NCBI GenBank assembly: GCA_963675665.1
Contig: OY776510.1
Span: forward strand, 3,008,001-3,072,000
DNA: 64,000 nucleotides
Reading direction: 5' to 3'
DNA from: Spirochaetia bacterium
GTDB lineage: Bacteria > Spirochaetota > Spirochaetia > UBA9216
The translations under genes were made by a program, and so were the position numbers. Shown in pieces: positions 42,501 to 49,041 of this stretch. The notes below the pieces were generated by a model. The model had not been told where the DNA came from, did not search any database, and saw nothing but the letters and a program-made list of their open reading frames with translations. Each line of letters begins with the position of its first letter. The first letter of the stretch is position 1.

Positions 42501-45500
42501 ATCCAGAGCACGAAAGTCGGCGACATGGACGTGCTCGAAAACTTCGGAGAAATGACCGGAGCAGCCATAGCCGCAGCCGGAGCCGACGTGCTTGCAGGTG
42601 ATTTCAGCAGCCTGGAAACAGATCCTGGCGCGCTTCTGTCGGAGGTAGTAGACTTTGAGCTGTTGGGGACCCTGCTTGAAAACGCGCAGAACCTGAACGA
42701 CTCGATAAACGATACGGAGAACGTAATATTTACAGCCGCTGCGCCGGACAGCTTCACAACCGCCGACAGCCTGCAGGCGATAAAAGACTTTCAGTCTGTT
42801 CAGAATGAAGAGTATGAAAAGCACCTTGCCGAACTGGAACTTGAGCGTATGCTGGAACAGGTTGAGGATGCCGAGGAGAGCTTTAATGAGAGTATCGACT
42901 CCGCCAATAAAAGCCTGGACAGCAATATAAATCAAACAATGAGAAACGACGGCTACACGCGCAGCGGCGGACGCTATGAAAGAGAGCTTGTGGTAGGGGC
43001 AACAATAGGCGGGTACGTATATGAAGACGGTTATGTGAGCACATACGATGATTACCTCCCTGAAAATATTGATTTCGGAAGCGAATTGAAGGATGCCCGA
43101 AACAATGTTGCGAACCTTGATTCGAAAGGCCTGCAGGGGCTCGTTGCAAGGGCCATGGAGAACATACGGGAGCAGCTGAAACGGATATTCGGTTCGGACG
43201 ACGAGACGGAAAACGCCGAAATGCTTGTGGAGCTTGGTTTTCCGGTGACTGTGGAAAAAGATAAAGAAGGCACAGTAAAATATAAAAGAGAAGATACCAA
43301 TCACTCCATACTTGAGAGCGTAGCAGACTGGGTAGGGGAGCATCTTGATTTGAATATGGATACAAAAGAAAACTCTCCCGAAATATCACCGGGATTATTC
43401 GGAATACATGTAGGCTACGCGCCCGAGTTTGCCGATACCGCCGATACAGGCAGGGAATGGAACGACGAGGGGCAGCTGAAAGACGAAGGGCTTGGCGAAA
43501 TGGGAAGAATCATGGGTGAGTTTATCTTCAACAAAATGAAGGAAGGAGCCGGCTGGGCCGAGGTGAACATGCCGCATTACAAGAAACCGTTGTGGGAAGG
43601 CGAAATTTTCGGAATAGAAGCGCCGAGCGCTGCGGACCTGACGAGCCTTGCGGTTACTATCTGCACCGCCGGAGCTGCAAGCGGCGCAGGGGCCATACTT
43701 TCAGCGACAATAAACCTGAGCGATGATTTTGCGCTATCTGCAATGGACATAGTCACCGGAGACAAAAGCCTGCTTGAGGGAACGCTCGACTTTGGGAAAA
43801 AAGCATTTGTATCACTGGCAGGAGCAGGGATTGGCGAAGGCGGAGATGCTCTAAGCAGTACCCTGGATCTGGACTTGGGAGGGGAACTTCTGCTTGGCAC
43901 AGGAGAGCAGATAGTAACAAACACCGCCTCTGGAGCAATAAACGCCATAGAATACAGCGAAGAAGGAGGGTGGAACTACAACTGGAACACCCTTGTGCAG
44001 AGCGTGGCCGGAGAAGGTGCAGTAGCCGGGTATGTAGGAAGCGCCGCAGGAACGGCTGCAACATTCGGCTTGAACGAGTTGAATAACAGCATCGATGCCA
44101 ACGGATTTTATCTTGGAGATCTCAAAATAGATCAGGAACAAATAGGCCGTGTAAACTCGATGATAGGCGGTATTGCCGGTGAAGCGGCAGGTTCGCTTGT
44201 AGACAAGGATTTCTCGCTTAATGTTCTGAATCTGGCGGATATAATGGCGCTTGCGGGAGTTGAGGAAGAGAACACCAGTGACCTCGGCCTGTTTGAAGTG
44301 CATATGGGTTTTGACGAAGACGGAAACTTTACAAGCCGCAACAAGATAGGCACCGGCGGGGCCCAGGTAAGCTACCGCGATATTTTGTTTGATGCAGATT
44401 CAGTATTTAATAATATGGCAAGAATAAAGAGCATAAACGAAGACACTGCGGCAGCCGCGGCAAACCGCGACGTGATGCTGGGGATAACCGACAGAAGCAT
44501 AGGTGTTGATGAATTGACATTTGATGGAGCCAGCGAGGTAAGCGCGTTGCTTAGATCGCAGCTTGAAGGGACCCGAACCGAACAGAGTTACAAGAATATA
44601 AACGCATCGATGCATTCCATGACCGGTGTAATAAACAGCGGCTATTTGTCTGAAGGCAGTTCCGGGTATATAGAAGGTGATTCGGCAATGGCTGTAATGA
44701 TGCGTGAGCTTCTTGAAAATGACAAAAGCGGCATCAGCCATGAAAACCTGTTCGAAATGTTCGGCACCGAAGAAGGGCGCGAGCAGTTTGCAGAAGCAGT
44801 CCTTGATGCCAACCTGCTGCTTGCCTACAATCAGGGTGACATAGGCACTGATGAGTTTATGGGCAGTGATATCTTTAATACAACAGGAAGCTTCAGCCTT
44901 GCCTATGAGATGTATTCCGGAGCATACGGAGAAGAAACCTCGGCAGTAGTAACGCTTGCACGGATGTTTGAAAGCGGCAAAGCGTATGCGGGAACAATCA
45001 CAGATGCCGATATACAGGCGGATATAATTTCACAGAAGGAAGCCCTGGTAAATGAATATTTCAAGGAAGATATTGCCAATGCCGATGCTCTTTTGGGAGG
45101 AAATTTCTTTAATGCTGAATCGCATATTAATGAGGGAATAATATCGAACAGGATGGAACAGATAGGTGATGAAATGGCGGCAATAGCAGCGGCACATCTG
45201 GCCCATCAGTCATTAGCTTCCGGTGTAACCGGATATGACTCAAATACCATAACATATAAGAAAACGGAGCTGGATGAACTGAAGAAAAATTGGCTTGATT
45301 CTGCAATTGAACTGTCAAAAATAGCAAATGATAACGGCATCAAGTTTAATTATGAATATGCTTTAATAAGCAAGAACCCTGTCATGAATGAGGCCGGAAC
45401 GGCGGCATCACCGGTATATGGGGGAACAGGATTATATACACTGTATGGATGGGAAGTAATAACCCCGGAAATGGCGGAAGCGACCGGAAGAGCTGTATAC

Positions 45501-46109
45501 AGTAACAGATTACACGAAGCATATGATATTTCCAAAACCTGGGCGGAAGAACAGCAGTATGGAACTGATGAATACTTCACAGCTCCGGAAGCCGGAAGCT
45601 TTGATATTAGCTGGAATTCGGGAGGTGCCGGGATTGAGATAGTCTTAACATCAAGCGATGGTGCATATCAGCACCGATTAGGGCATAATTTTATAAACAG
45701 CATTGATGCTATGACGGAGCTGTTGATATTAAACGGTTCGACCGAAGTGGCCGCCGGAACTGTTATCGGGGAGTATCAGGATTATAAGACAAACGAATCT
45801 ACGGGATCTCATTCGCATTGGGAAGTATACAGAAATATGAGTGAAAGTCTTTTTACAAATTATATACAAATGGATAACAATGATTGGTTAACGGAAAGAT
45901 ACGGCAGTAATCCCTTTACGGCATCGGAAAGAGCGCAGAACCTGAGCGGTTTATCGGAACCGGGCACATATGAATATAATATAAACCTGACAAAGAAATA
46001 CGCTGCAGAGGAATACTGGAACTACAGAAGCAATCAGGAATTCGGTATAGAGCTTTCAACCAGGACAGAATTTTTATTCTATTTAAGGATGATGAATCAA
46101 TGGATGTAA
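33576..46109 (+). CDS. Giant (4177 aa) secreted acidic coiled-coil protein with central hydrophobic hairpin and C-terminal M23 peptidase-like domain; putative polymorphic toxin
   Basis: Sec-type signal; long heptad-like helices; hydrophobic stretch FFIASIPMF..AALGGA; C-terminal HEAYD (HxxxD), APEAG, HRLGH, VAAGTVIG, STGSHSHWEV (HxH). Confidence 0.85.
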   Translation: MKGVRSLFTVLLCFYSFILISNVISQDSEYNHADISFDNVLFRSYLDTADKRKSSEQWLDYARFGLESALSSWEKEIILLLGDDFDLSDLRDDAETELDEILKERYAEWLNNNFFNSVDPPSLGALSSEIVALNGQYLYETDKNGNITYKTTVNYSDVYTTDATGNETLVQKGEKTLWVEGVKSKIAELLDAWSQKMTTAFSELRASVTELALLEELEQDYLRDYESYQDNYRDELYRLYNTEQSRFTRLRLYDQYSLEHQSGQETASNISNELIAATRAELNSKLEALVRGLNAQAASGESGNGIVNAEDWRESFSTLLTLGMNSWDEAEQELLMKRIEWEQDAAGEVSDGEEAWADAFRQLSEKRTEWMNEYRRTLQEGNLLWAEESLELEEAIAKAVSEIDESIANSGASLQSRIDNLVGMLLQSVNMMRTARTSWEYWMDRFDEGEKGSFDTRGIDFDPDSMLAVTEEVKNRLDEEKLNEKYSTIAAYSDYDQEAMKHAMAWIDDKYGIYTEGLWSEPLSYSDKLDIFNSYDPYKYNIPYYGLNPYYLYNVRNQYFSAIDDLFSEMAVLGSVPQTGSDVYDEAVYWIDMFRTYQEYALDARQGLAETYGIVVFDNASLQTAFNGDELNDALLDNDLLFDQDSWESIYLDEYQVELLKARAYMQYWRKQQEIARAVYDYAADNSSTKENAGVTLGRLADAKAAYEEVLAEYSDCLDRLSNISTDLETLQADMQTIQEEIDGYQQQLDDVRSQYNSAITDLDLGNAEYLAGQYREYYIRLLESMGMTGDSEESPSTALEEYLLAASEYGLEDRISLVSNRIVGLLSGGENTNLDGSMFNPETASLSELGRRMQTVSDAGFISGPSTDELFGFEGNEEAIDQFNAYLSDKLLLPMSDYRHDKLIEYFTAYTDADTEEIEKSRLLWQMQLIAEEVRNENSMNYELRLAELRLLSTDDFSSWAQQHFGDEAADADPEGLIGSAEESGLTGITEAVVRDLQVYEEILELYQQQADSGGGEFVIYEWGSAPGDTPPELSKQQALQILWDYRGGDTDEETASDIFGVVESLGALVSWLESLGSLDDDISVLESAVLNPDEALGQQYLKACLSGRRNLATDMGDMYSVIYSDSVSRQKYTKGFAELLSENIDYAPCLSAYGYEKSRAGLIEMLAQFGIIDADTLIFHAPEAVWEVRGFSTVEEVAGFFTGLDKAASGLQLPEYLAEIFEGYRGELKDYFAIRTASAFFGEFSGDPGPVNEKIRLVTNSMSSLGALTGTLQKSSDQSVKLLALAVSDDVSDELREEADFRLIETAGFDLAADALDTDGFSGAGAEWNELFDNYISAVRTGLGQEDGIEDYRSAMTDRAAELWELSIALADPDSVDPDSAPEQWLESYSAMIWNSFDFDEALDRITGTDSTINISQLEQLRIIDQLMPETAGDFPSDVELEWLYEGNEVLREVDSMIVLGLPELWAGDSFDIAETVKSRYYSDEDISIMEDMLVLSIEESEAGVTTVDKAVQLWNDQFDGGLADGSIDGLLKAFCGLGLINPAVEAAGEYSAEYGYEDLLDELLAGAVLSEDDLAILEEAVLNPAEALEARLDKLAELDAEALSGEELYWNLAWNIRSDAAEDDYSRTAARGARIFDDIEAAGVISNWISSFDEAGFESYSEELADLFDSQMSRIAGLAQSPAGGVYASIAACGIGEVLVEQAGYSDADAADFVNWFMTKKGIDEAFDRESLTDYLSLEPDARFYSVLADYPDAASHYLKKQIAEGAFTSTTLSVLLDSVNLADETEAELVEIQGILDDVEVYNELLHGDFEDFLDERYGSEEQKRTAREIYMRFMGSAEVQWDDAVFMLSSGCGAGAREILDNLSFNRTRGSNLSGLNPGSGTGSNEVFLNEALMTIYEKLYERDDALTAELSALQSERDLQVRAADYLGSLETIDSDNWRSFLNDECLSSEDDELNLVPASTVDYNYSDYTRNLQINNNDGDPVFQNFDSLTLFSGTGNDQLNIILEAANSYLDYAAYLTAAINSWDDGTISATETMRTLHEGLGSADGSDFRNSLESKSYAEINQAYSYEIDASVENGYKEARSEFYNLTAKIESIKESLSNFGYRRARLVRMAAMGSSEQLAELRPLNDEISALEADIDAAQAEWQELIDGADGYKTLEEEYAGVYAQTKAALEELNVLKQEYSTARAIYEYASAGYLSIDDEILSEFDPVETGAEDDSTAPEDDETEVESGITGGTMVASDVDLGEQTADQVYRDALLATINKVSPAERLVYINEKLARAGAANDALETIINGGSVTGSIYSKDEVYRAYFDNYLETFRESLVLNKINLVLNKAIARQETVTREALSDWNTAISESYGTPGYLDSEGNAIVPAGLDSCSIVQNADGSRDINWDGAGSNAETFRQYFEANENSETGSSDFQNDLMLWLEKVSGIMNGSGARDLFTTWAMALKWEEFQAAGAPGDINDNFWTDFLNKNGEGDLDREGARTLLITEWQNAFNKVNSCTGENKRLYSFYKLLDKGGIMQLNTETTTGDSFETFDLLGENESVILANQYLSDEYNQDANNFFIASIPMFSMAVAYFAAATLALAIPFNWVAAIILFALGTAAALGGAHMVGEGNAKKAAADYIQNKIVKPAEYNSTKFMLNFKQNTSLILDKKQVYEEEFAKLQRMEGEADGDEILTDEQRIGLLKISTIEAFNNEGEDLHALLFQGGLVSETGNTDADTAALEALFGDYQEMMDQSEKDESVNSSLFISALEEESQDYKQITARELNDYLTGEDGVAREQVEAEEVYRSAYYQYLAEEISLEEFEEAAESAFGNPAFSVREHMLRLYEQQAGIAEIIMGSDQFNAAISAELLESRELLLCGSGSRKGIYDYKMSNYREVRMYDLQMLQLEMNEKYRNWENRMRAISARGELEWSAGERKLTRKYTEWQKETKRLYNRQSEAWDDKYLDFLSDKQAWLDAVMIQSTKVGDMDVLENFGEMTGAAIAAAGADVLAGDFSSLETDPGALLSEVVDFELLGTLLENAQNLNDSINDTENVIFTAAAPDSFTTADSLQAIKDFQSVQNEEYEKHLAELELERMLEQVEDAEESFNESIDSANKSLDSNINQTMRNDGYTRSGGRYERELVVGATIGGYVYEDGYVSTYDDYLPENIDFGSELKDARNNVANLDSKGLQGLVARAMENIREQLKRIFGSDDETENAEMLVELGFPVTVEKDKEGTVKYKREDTNHSILESVADWVGEHLDLNMDTKENSPEISPGLFGIHVGYAPEFADTADTGREWNDEGQLKDEGLGEMGRIMGEFIFNKMKEGAGWAEVNMPHYKKPLWEGEIFGIEAPSAADLTSLAVTICTAGAASGAGAILSATINLSDDFALSAMDIVTGDKSLLEGTLDFGKKAFVSLAGAGIGEGGDALSSTLDLDLGGELLLGTGEQIVTNTASGAINAIEYSEEGGWNYNWNTLVQSVAGEGAVAGYVGSAAGTAATFGLNELNNSIDANGFYLGDLKIDQEQIGRVNSMIGGIAGEAAGSLVDKDFSLNVLNLADIMALAGVEEENTSDLGLFEVHMGFDEDGNFTSRNKIGTGGAQVSYRDILFDADSVFNNMARIKSINEDTAAAAANRDVMLGITDRSIGVDELTFDGASEVSALLRSQLEGTRTEQSYKNINASMHSMTGVINSGYLSEGSSGYIEGDSAMAVMMRELLENDKSGISHENLFEMFGTEEGREQFAEAVLDANLLLAYNQGDIGTDEFMGSDIFNTTGSFSLAYEMYSGAYGEETSAVVTLARMFESGKAYAGTITDADIQADIISQKEALVNEYFKEDIANADALLGGNFFNAESHINEGIISNRMEQIGDEMAAIAAAHLAHQSLASGVTGYDSNTITYKKTELDELKKNWLDSAIELSKIANDNGIKFNYEYALISKNPVMNEAGTAASPVYGGTGLYTLYGWEVITPEMAEATGRAVYSNRLHEAYDISKTWAEEQQYGTDEYFTAPEAGSFDISWNSGGAGIEIVLTSSDGAYQHRLGHNFINSIDAMTELLILNGSTEVAAGTVIGEYQDYKTNESTGSHSHWEVYRNMSESLFTNYIQMDNNDWLTERYGSNPFTASERAQNLSGLSEPGTYEYNINLTKKYAAEEYWNYRSNQEFGIELSTRTEFLFYLRMMNQWM

Positions 46110-47119
46110 TGATGAAGAGAAGAATAATTGCGATACTGATATTTGGGATATTAATAACGGCAACTGCATTTTGTGAGTATGAGATAAGGATTGTCAAGCC
46201 GCTGCCCGCGAAATATATTATGGAGTCTTATATCTGGCTCAATGATGAAGAGATTGTCTATAATATATCCGGGCATAATCCGAGTCAGTTGAGAAGATTG
46301 AATATAATAAACGAAGATGATGAATTATTGCTTGATGGGGAAGCAAGAGATGAAGATTACCATATTTTCTCTCTTTCCCTGATTAGTGTTGATAAGGAAT
46401 CACTAATTATAGGTATAAGCAAAGGAAGAAGTACTTATATTAACTCCTATTTTTTTAATTTAAGAACTAAAAATCTCGAAGAAATTAAATATAATTATCA
46501 AAATAATCCAGGCATTAAGTATCAAAATAATTTAGGGTTTAATGAGAATTTATTTGAATTTGGTGCGGGACGAACAGACGCAGGTTTTACTTACATTCAA
46601 AAATATCCTGAAACCGGAAGGGTGGTAAGATATGACTATACATGGGAAGAATCAGGCATTCAGAGGGTTGTTAGTAATACTGAATTTTTTAATGTCTCCG
46701 ATGTACTGGATGATAATCTGCTGATAACTCATGTCGAAGCCAATTTGGGAGTCAATTATCTGACGCATTTTGACGGCGATGGATTTTCCCGAGCAGTAGT
46801 CGTTCCAAATAGCGACTCGCAGAGGAGTTTAAAAACCAATTGGGGAGCATATTTTCTTAAAGACGGCAATATACTTTTCGGTGAGGATATGAACGATGAT
46901 ACCGATTATTTTGATCCGGATGAGGCATATTGCAGGTTGAGGATCTGTAACCGGGAAGGGGATACTATTTATACCTTTGATGATTTTTTGTATATGAGAG
47001 ATGCCTATCAATATTTTACAATGAGTCCGGACAGAACAAAGATAATAATACAGGGTTATGATATGACCATGTGGCCGCCGCAGACAAAAGCTTATCTGCT
47101 GGAGATAATATATAATTAA
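46109..47119 (+). CDS. Exported beta-rich protein, putative cognate immunity protein
   Basis: ATG overlaps the toxin stop (TAATG); signal MMKRRIIAILIFGILITATAFC; WLNDEE, SPDRTKII; paralog of 47363. Confidence 0.75.
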   Translation: MMKRRIIAILIFGILITATAFCEYEIRIVKPLPAKYIMESYIWLNDEEIVYNISGHNPSQLRRLNIINEDDELLLDGEARDEDYHIFSLSLISVDKESLIIGISKGRSTYINSYFFNLRTKNLEEIKYNYQNNPGIKYQNNLGFNENLFEFGAGRTDAGFTYIQKYPETGRVVRYDYTWEESGIQRVVSNTEFFNVSDVLDDNLLITHVEANLGVNYLTHFDGDGFSRAVVVPNSDSQRSLKTNWGAYFLKDGNILFGEDMNDDTDYFDPDEAYCRLRICNREGDTIYTFDDFLYMRDAYQYFTMSPDRTKIIIQGYDMTMWPPQTKAYLLEIIYN

Positions 47120-47161
47120 TATGATAAACGGAAGCGTTAAAAATGAAAACATGAACTGAAA

Positions 47162-47361
47162 CATTTGCATGTTTATTACAGGATTGGTTGTTTTGAGGAA
47201 TACTTGAAGGTATTTCCCGAAATGAGAAATAGACTAACTCCGATTATTTTGTTGATTATATGGAATCAAAATACGGAATAGACAACGCGGACTGGCAGGA
47301 TTATCTGAAGGCTTATTATTGGGAAAACTACACGATATATATGCAGGGAATGGGGTATTAG
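47162..47361 (+). pseudogene. Frameshifted ORF tail, possible orphan toxin C-terminus
   Basis: HLHVYYRIGCFEEYLKVFPEMRNR, then in another frame NSDYFVDYMESKYGIDNADWQDYLKAYYWENYTIYMQGMGY-stop ending 1 nt before ATG 47363. Confidence 0.45.
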
Positions 47362-47362
47362 A

Positions 47363-48274
47363 ATGAAATTTAAAAAATGGCTCATACTTTTATTATTAAA
47401 CATTATATTTTTAACAAGTTTTACAAATGCATATGAGATACGACTGGTAAGGGAAGATCCCCTCCATGTGATAAGATATCTGGGCTGGATCTCGAACCAT
47501 GAGGCGGCTTATTGTATTTACGGAACAGATAACATTGTTGTATACAAGAACCTGCTTGGAGATATGCCTTATGAGAAGCTGAAAGAATTTCCTGAACGAG
47601 TTATATATGTTGGTGATGATAATACAAAATATGAATTATTTATAGAAATTGGTGATGATGTTTATATATTAGATAAGGAAATTATGAAAATAGAACTATT
47701 ATCAACTCCTGATGGATATAAATACAGCGGGGGGCGTCAGTTACCTGAAAATATATATACATATAATATAAATACTTCACCTGGAAAGCTGTCTTTAAAC
47801 AGGGCTGATTATAAGAATTACGGGCATCTTGAAGCAGATATCAGGGATTTTGAACACTATAAAATTTTGAAGAAATTAGGTGTATATAAAAATGAAGAGA
47901 GCCCCGGATATTTAATAATCGGAAGTTATGGAACAGATTTTTATGAAGTTCAATTTGAATATCCGGAAATTAAGGCTGTAATTCCTATTGTTGAAGAATA
48001 TGGGTATGTTGATATAAAAAAACTGGATGAAGACATGTATCTCGGAATGTTCTACAGGGAAGATGTGGAATCAGATGATGAATATTCGAGGTGTTCGCTG
48101 CGGGTTTTTAACAGAGAAGGTGAAGTTTTTCTCGACTATAAAGACTATCTGCTTGTAAACCACCACGGTATTGGTGAAAGCTTTTATCTGAGTCCAGATA
48201 GGAGGTATATAATTGCCACCGGTTCAAAGACCCTGGGAAACCATAAAACGCTGATATTTGAATTGATAAAATAG
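47363..48274 (+). CDS. Second exported beta-rich protein, putative orphan immunity paralog
   Basis: Signal peptide; AYEIRLVR / CSLRVFNREG / YLSPDRRYII match EYEIRIVK / CRLRICNREG / TMSPDRTKII of 46109. Confidence 0.75.
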   Translation: MKFKKWLILLLLNIIFLTSFTNAYEIRLVREDPLHVIRYLGWISNHEAAYCIYGTDNIVVYKNLLGDMPYEKLKEFPERVIYVGDDNTKYELFIEIGDDVYILDKEIMKIELLSTPDGYKYSGGRQLPENIYTYNINTSPGKLSLNRADYKNYGHLEADIRDFEHYKILKKLGVYKNEESPGYLIIGSYGTDFYEVQFEYPEIKAVIPIVEEYGYVDIKKLDEDMYLGMFYREDVESDDEYSRCSLRVFNREGEVFLDYKDYLLVNHHGIGESFYLSPDRRYIIATGSKTLGNHKTLIFELIK

Positions 48275-48410
48275 GAAGCTTTATAAAAGTAGATTGGTAA
48301 AAAGATCTTTGGAAAAGCAGAGATGGAGAGATTTGCTGATCATCCGGATTAATCAGAATTAGAACAATAATGCGGGAAAGCAAACAAGGATATAAGAATA
48401 CAGAACTGCA

Positions 48411-48522
48411 GCGTTAGGGATGGGAAGGGCGCAGGGACTTCGTCCCTGCGGTGGAAAACGGCGTTGCCGTTTTTTACGAAACCCCTGGACAGCCCGACCT
48501 TGCAGACTGCAAGGGAACGCCC
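48411..48522. repeat. GC-rich multi-hairpin element (REP/MITE-like or structured RNA)
   Basis: CGCAGGGAC-TTC-GTCCCTGCG, AAAACGGC-GTT-GCCGTTTT, CCTTGCA-GAC-TGCAAGG, closed by GCGTT...AACGC. Confidence 0.7.
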
Positions 48523-48531
48523 GGGAAAAGA

Positions 48532-48561
48532 ATTGAATACTCAGAAGAAGATGGGTGGAAC
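48532..48561 (+). pseudogene. Short remnant homologous to the giant toxin gene
   Basis: Translates IEYSEEDGWN vs IEYSEEGGWN at 43947-43976. Confidence 0.65.
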
Positions 48562-48699
48562 TGTAAACAGATAACCTGTACGTAAATCTGAAATTGACAT
48601 ATTGTTCAATAATAGATTACAACTCTAAACCCGTCCGTGTTAAGGTTGGCAAGGGTGCAAACGCACAAGGCGCTTCAACACCGCTGATCTGCCTTATAA

Positions 48700-49041
48700 C
48701 AGCCGAGAAGATGTCAGACCGGGTATGTTTCCTCCGTATCTCGAGCTGGACGTTGTAAAGGATGCCTGAAGACCGGTGTTCAAGATTGTCGAACCCGGTT
48801 TCGGCAGGCTTTTCAAAAGTCCGGTCCGTTCGGGCGGTTGAGAAAGATGAAGAGCGTAACCGACAATGCAGAGGTGCTCAGAAATATCAGAAATGGTTTA
48901 TCCACTGCTTCAGAAAATTAAAACTATGATTGTAAAAAAAACGGCTTTCAGCTTACAATTGGAAAATGAAGCTGATTTTTTCGCAAATGTTTTACAAGGG
49001 ATAAAAGAGAAATGAATAATAAAGATTTCAATGGCTTTTCC
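48700..49041 (-). pseudogene. Collapsed remnant of a second MFP-TolC-TPR operon plus its upstream region
   Basis: Hand alignments: 48700-48763 vs 25601-25664 (52/64), 48775-48830 vs 26008-26063 (44/56), 48831-48895 vs 28415-28479 (51/65), 48897-49041 vs 28517-28660. Confidence 0.85.

Noticed and set aside
42192-43343. 383-aa ORF on the minus strand
   Set aside because: Antisense shadow of the giant gene; no recognisable motifs
33576-46109. Phage tape-measure, RHS, RTX or CdiA assignment for the giant protein
   Set aside because: Has a signal peptide, no phage genes nearby, and no YD, GGxGxD or haemagglutinin repeats seen
48411-48522. tRNA gene (cloverleaf-like)
   Set aside because: Loops are 3 nt; no anticodon loop, T-loop or 7-bp acceptor stem
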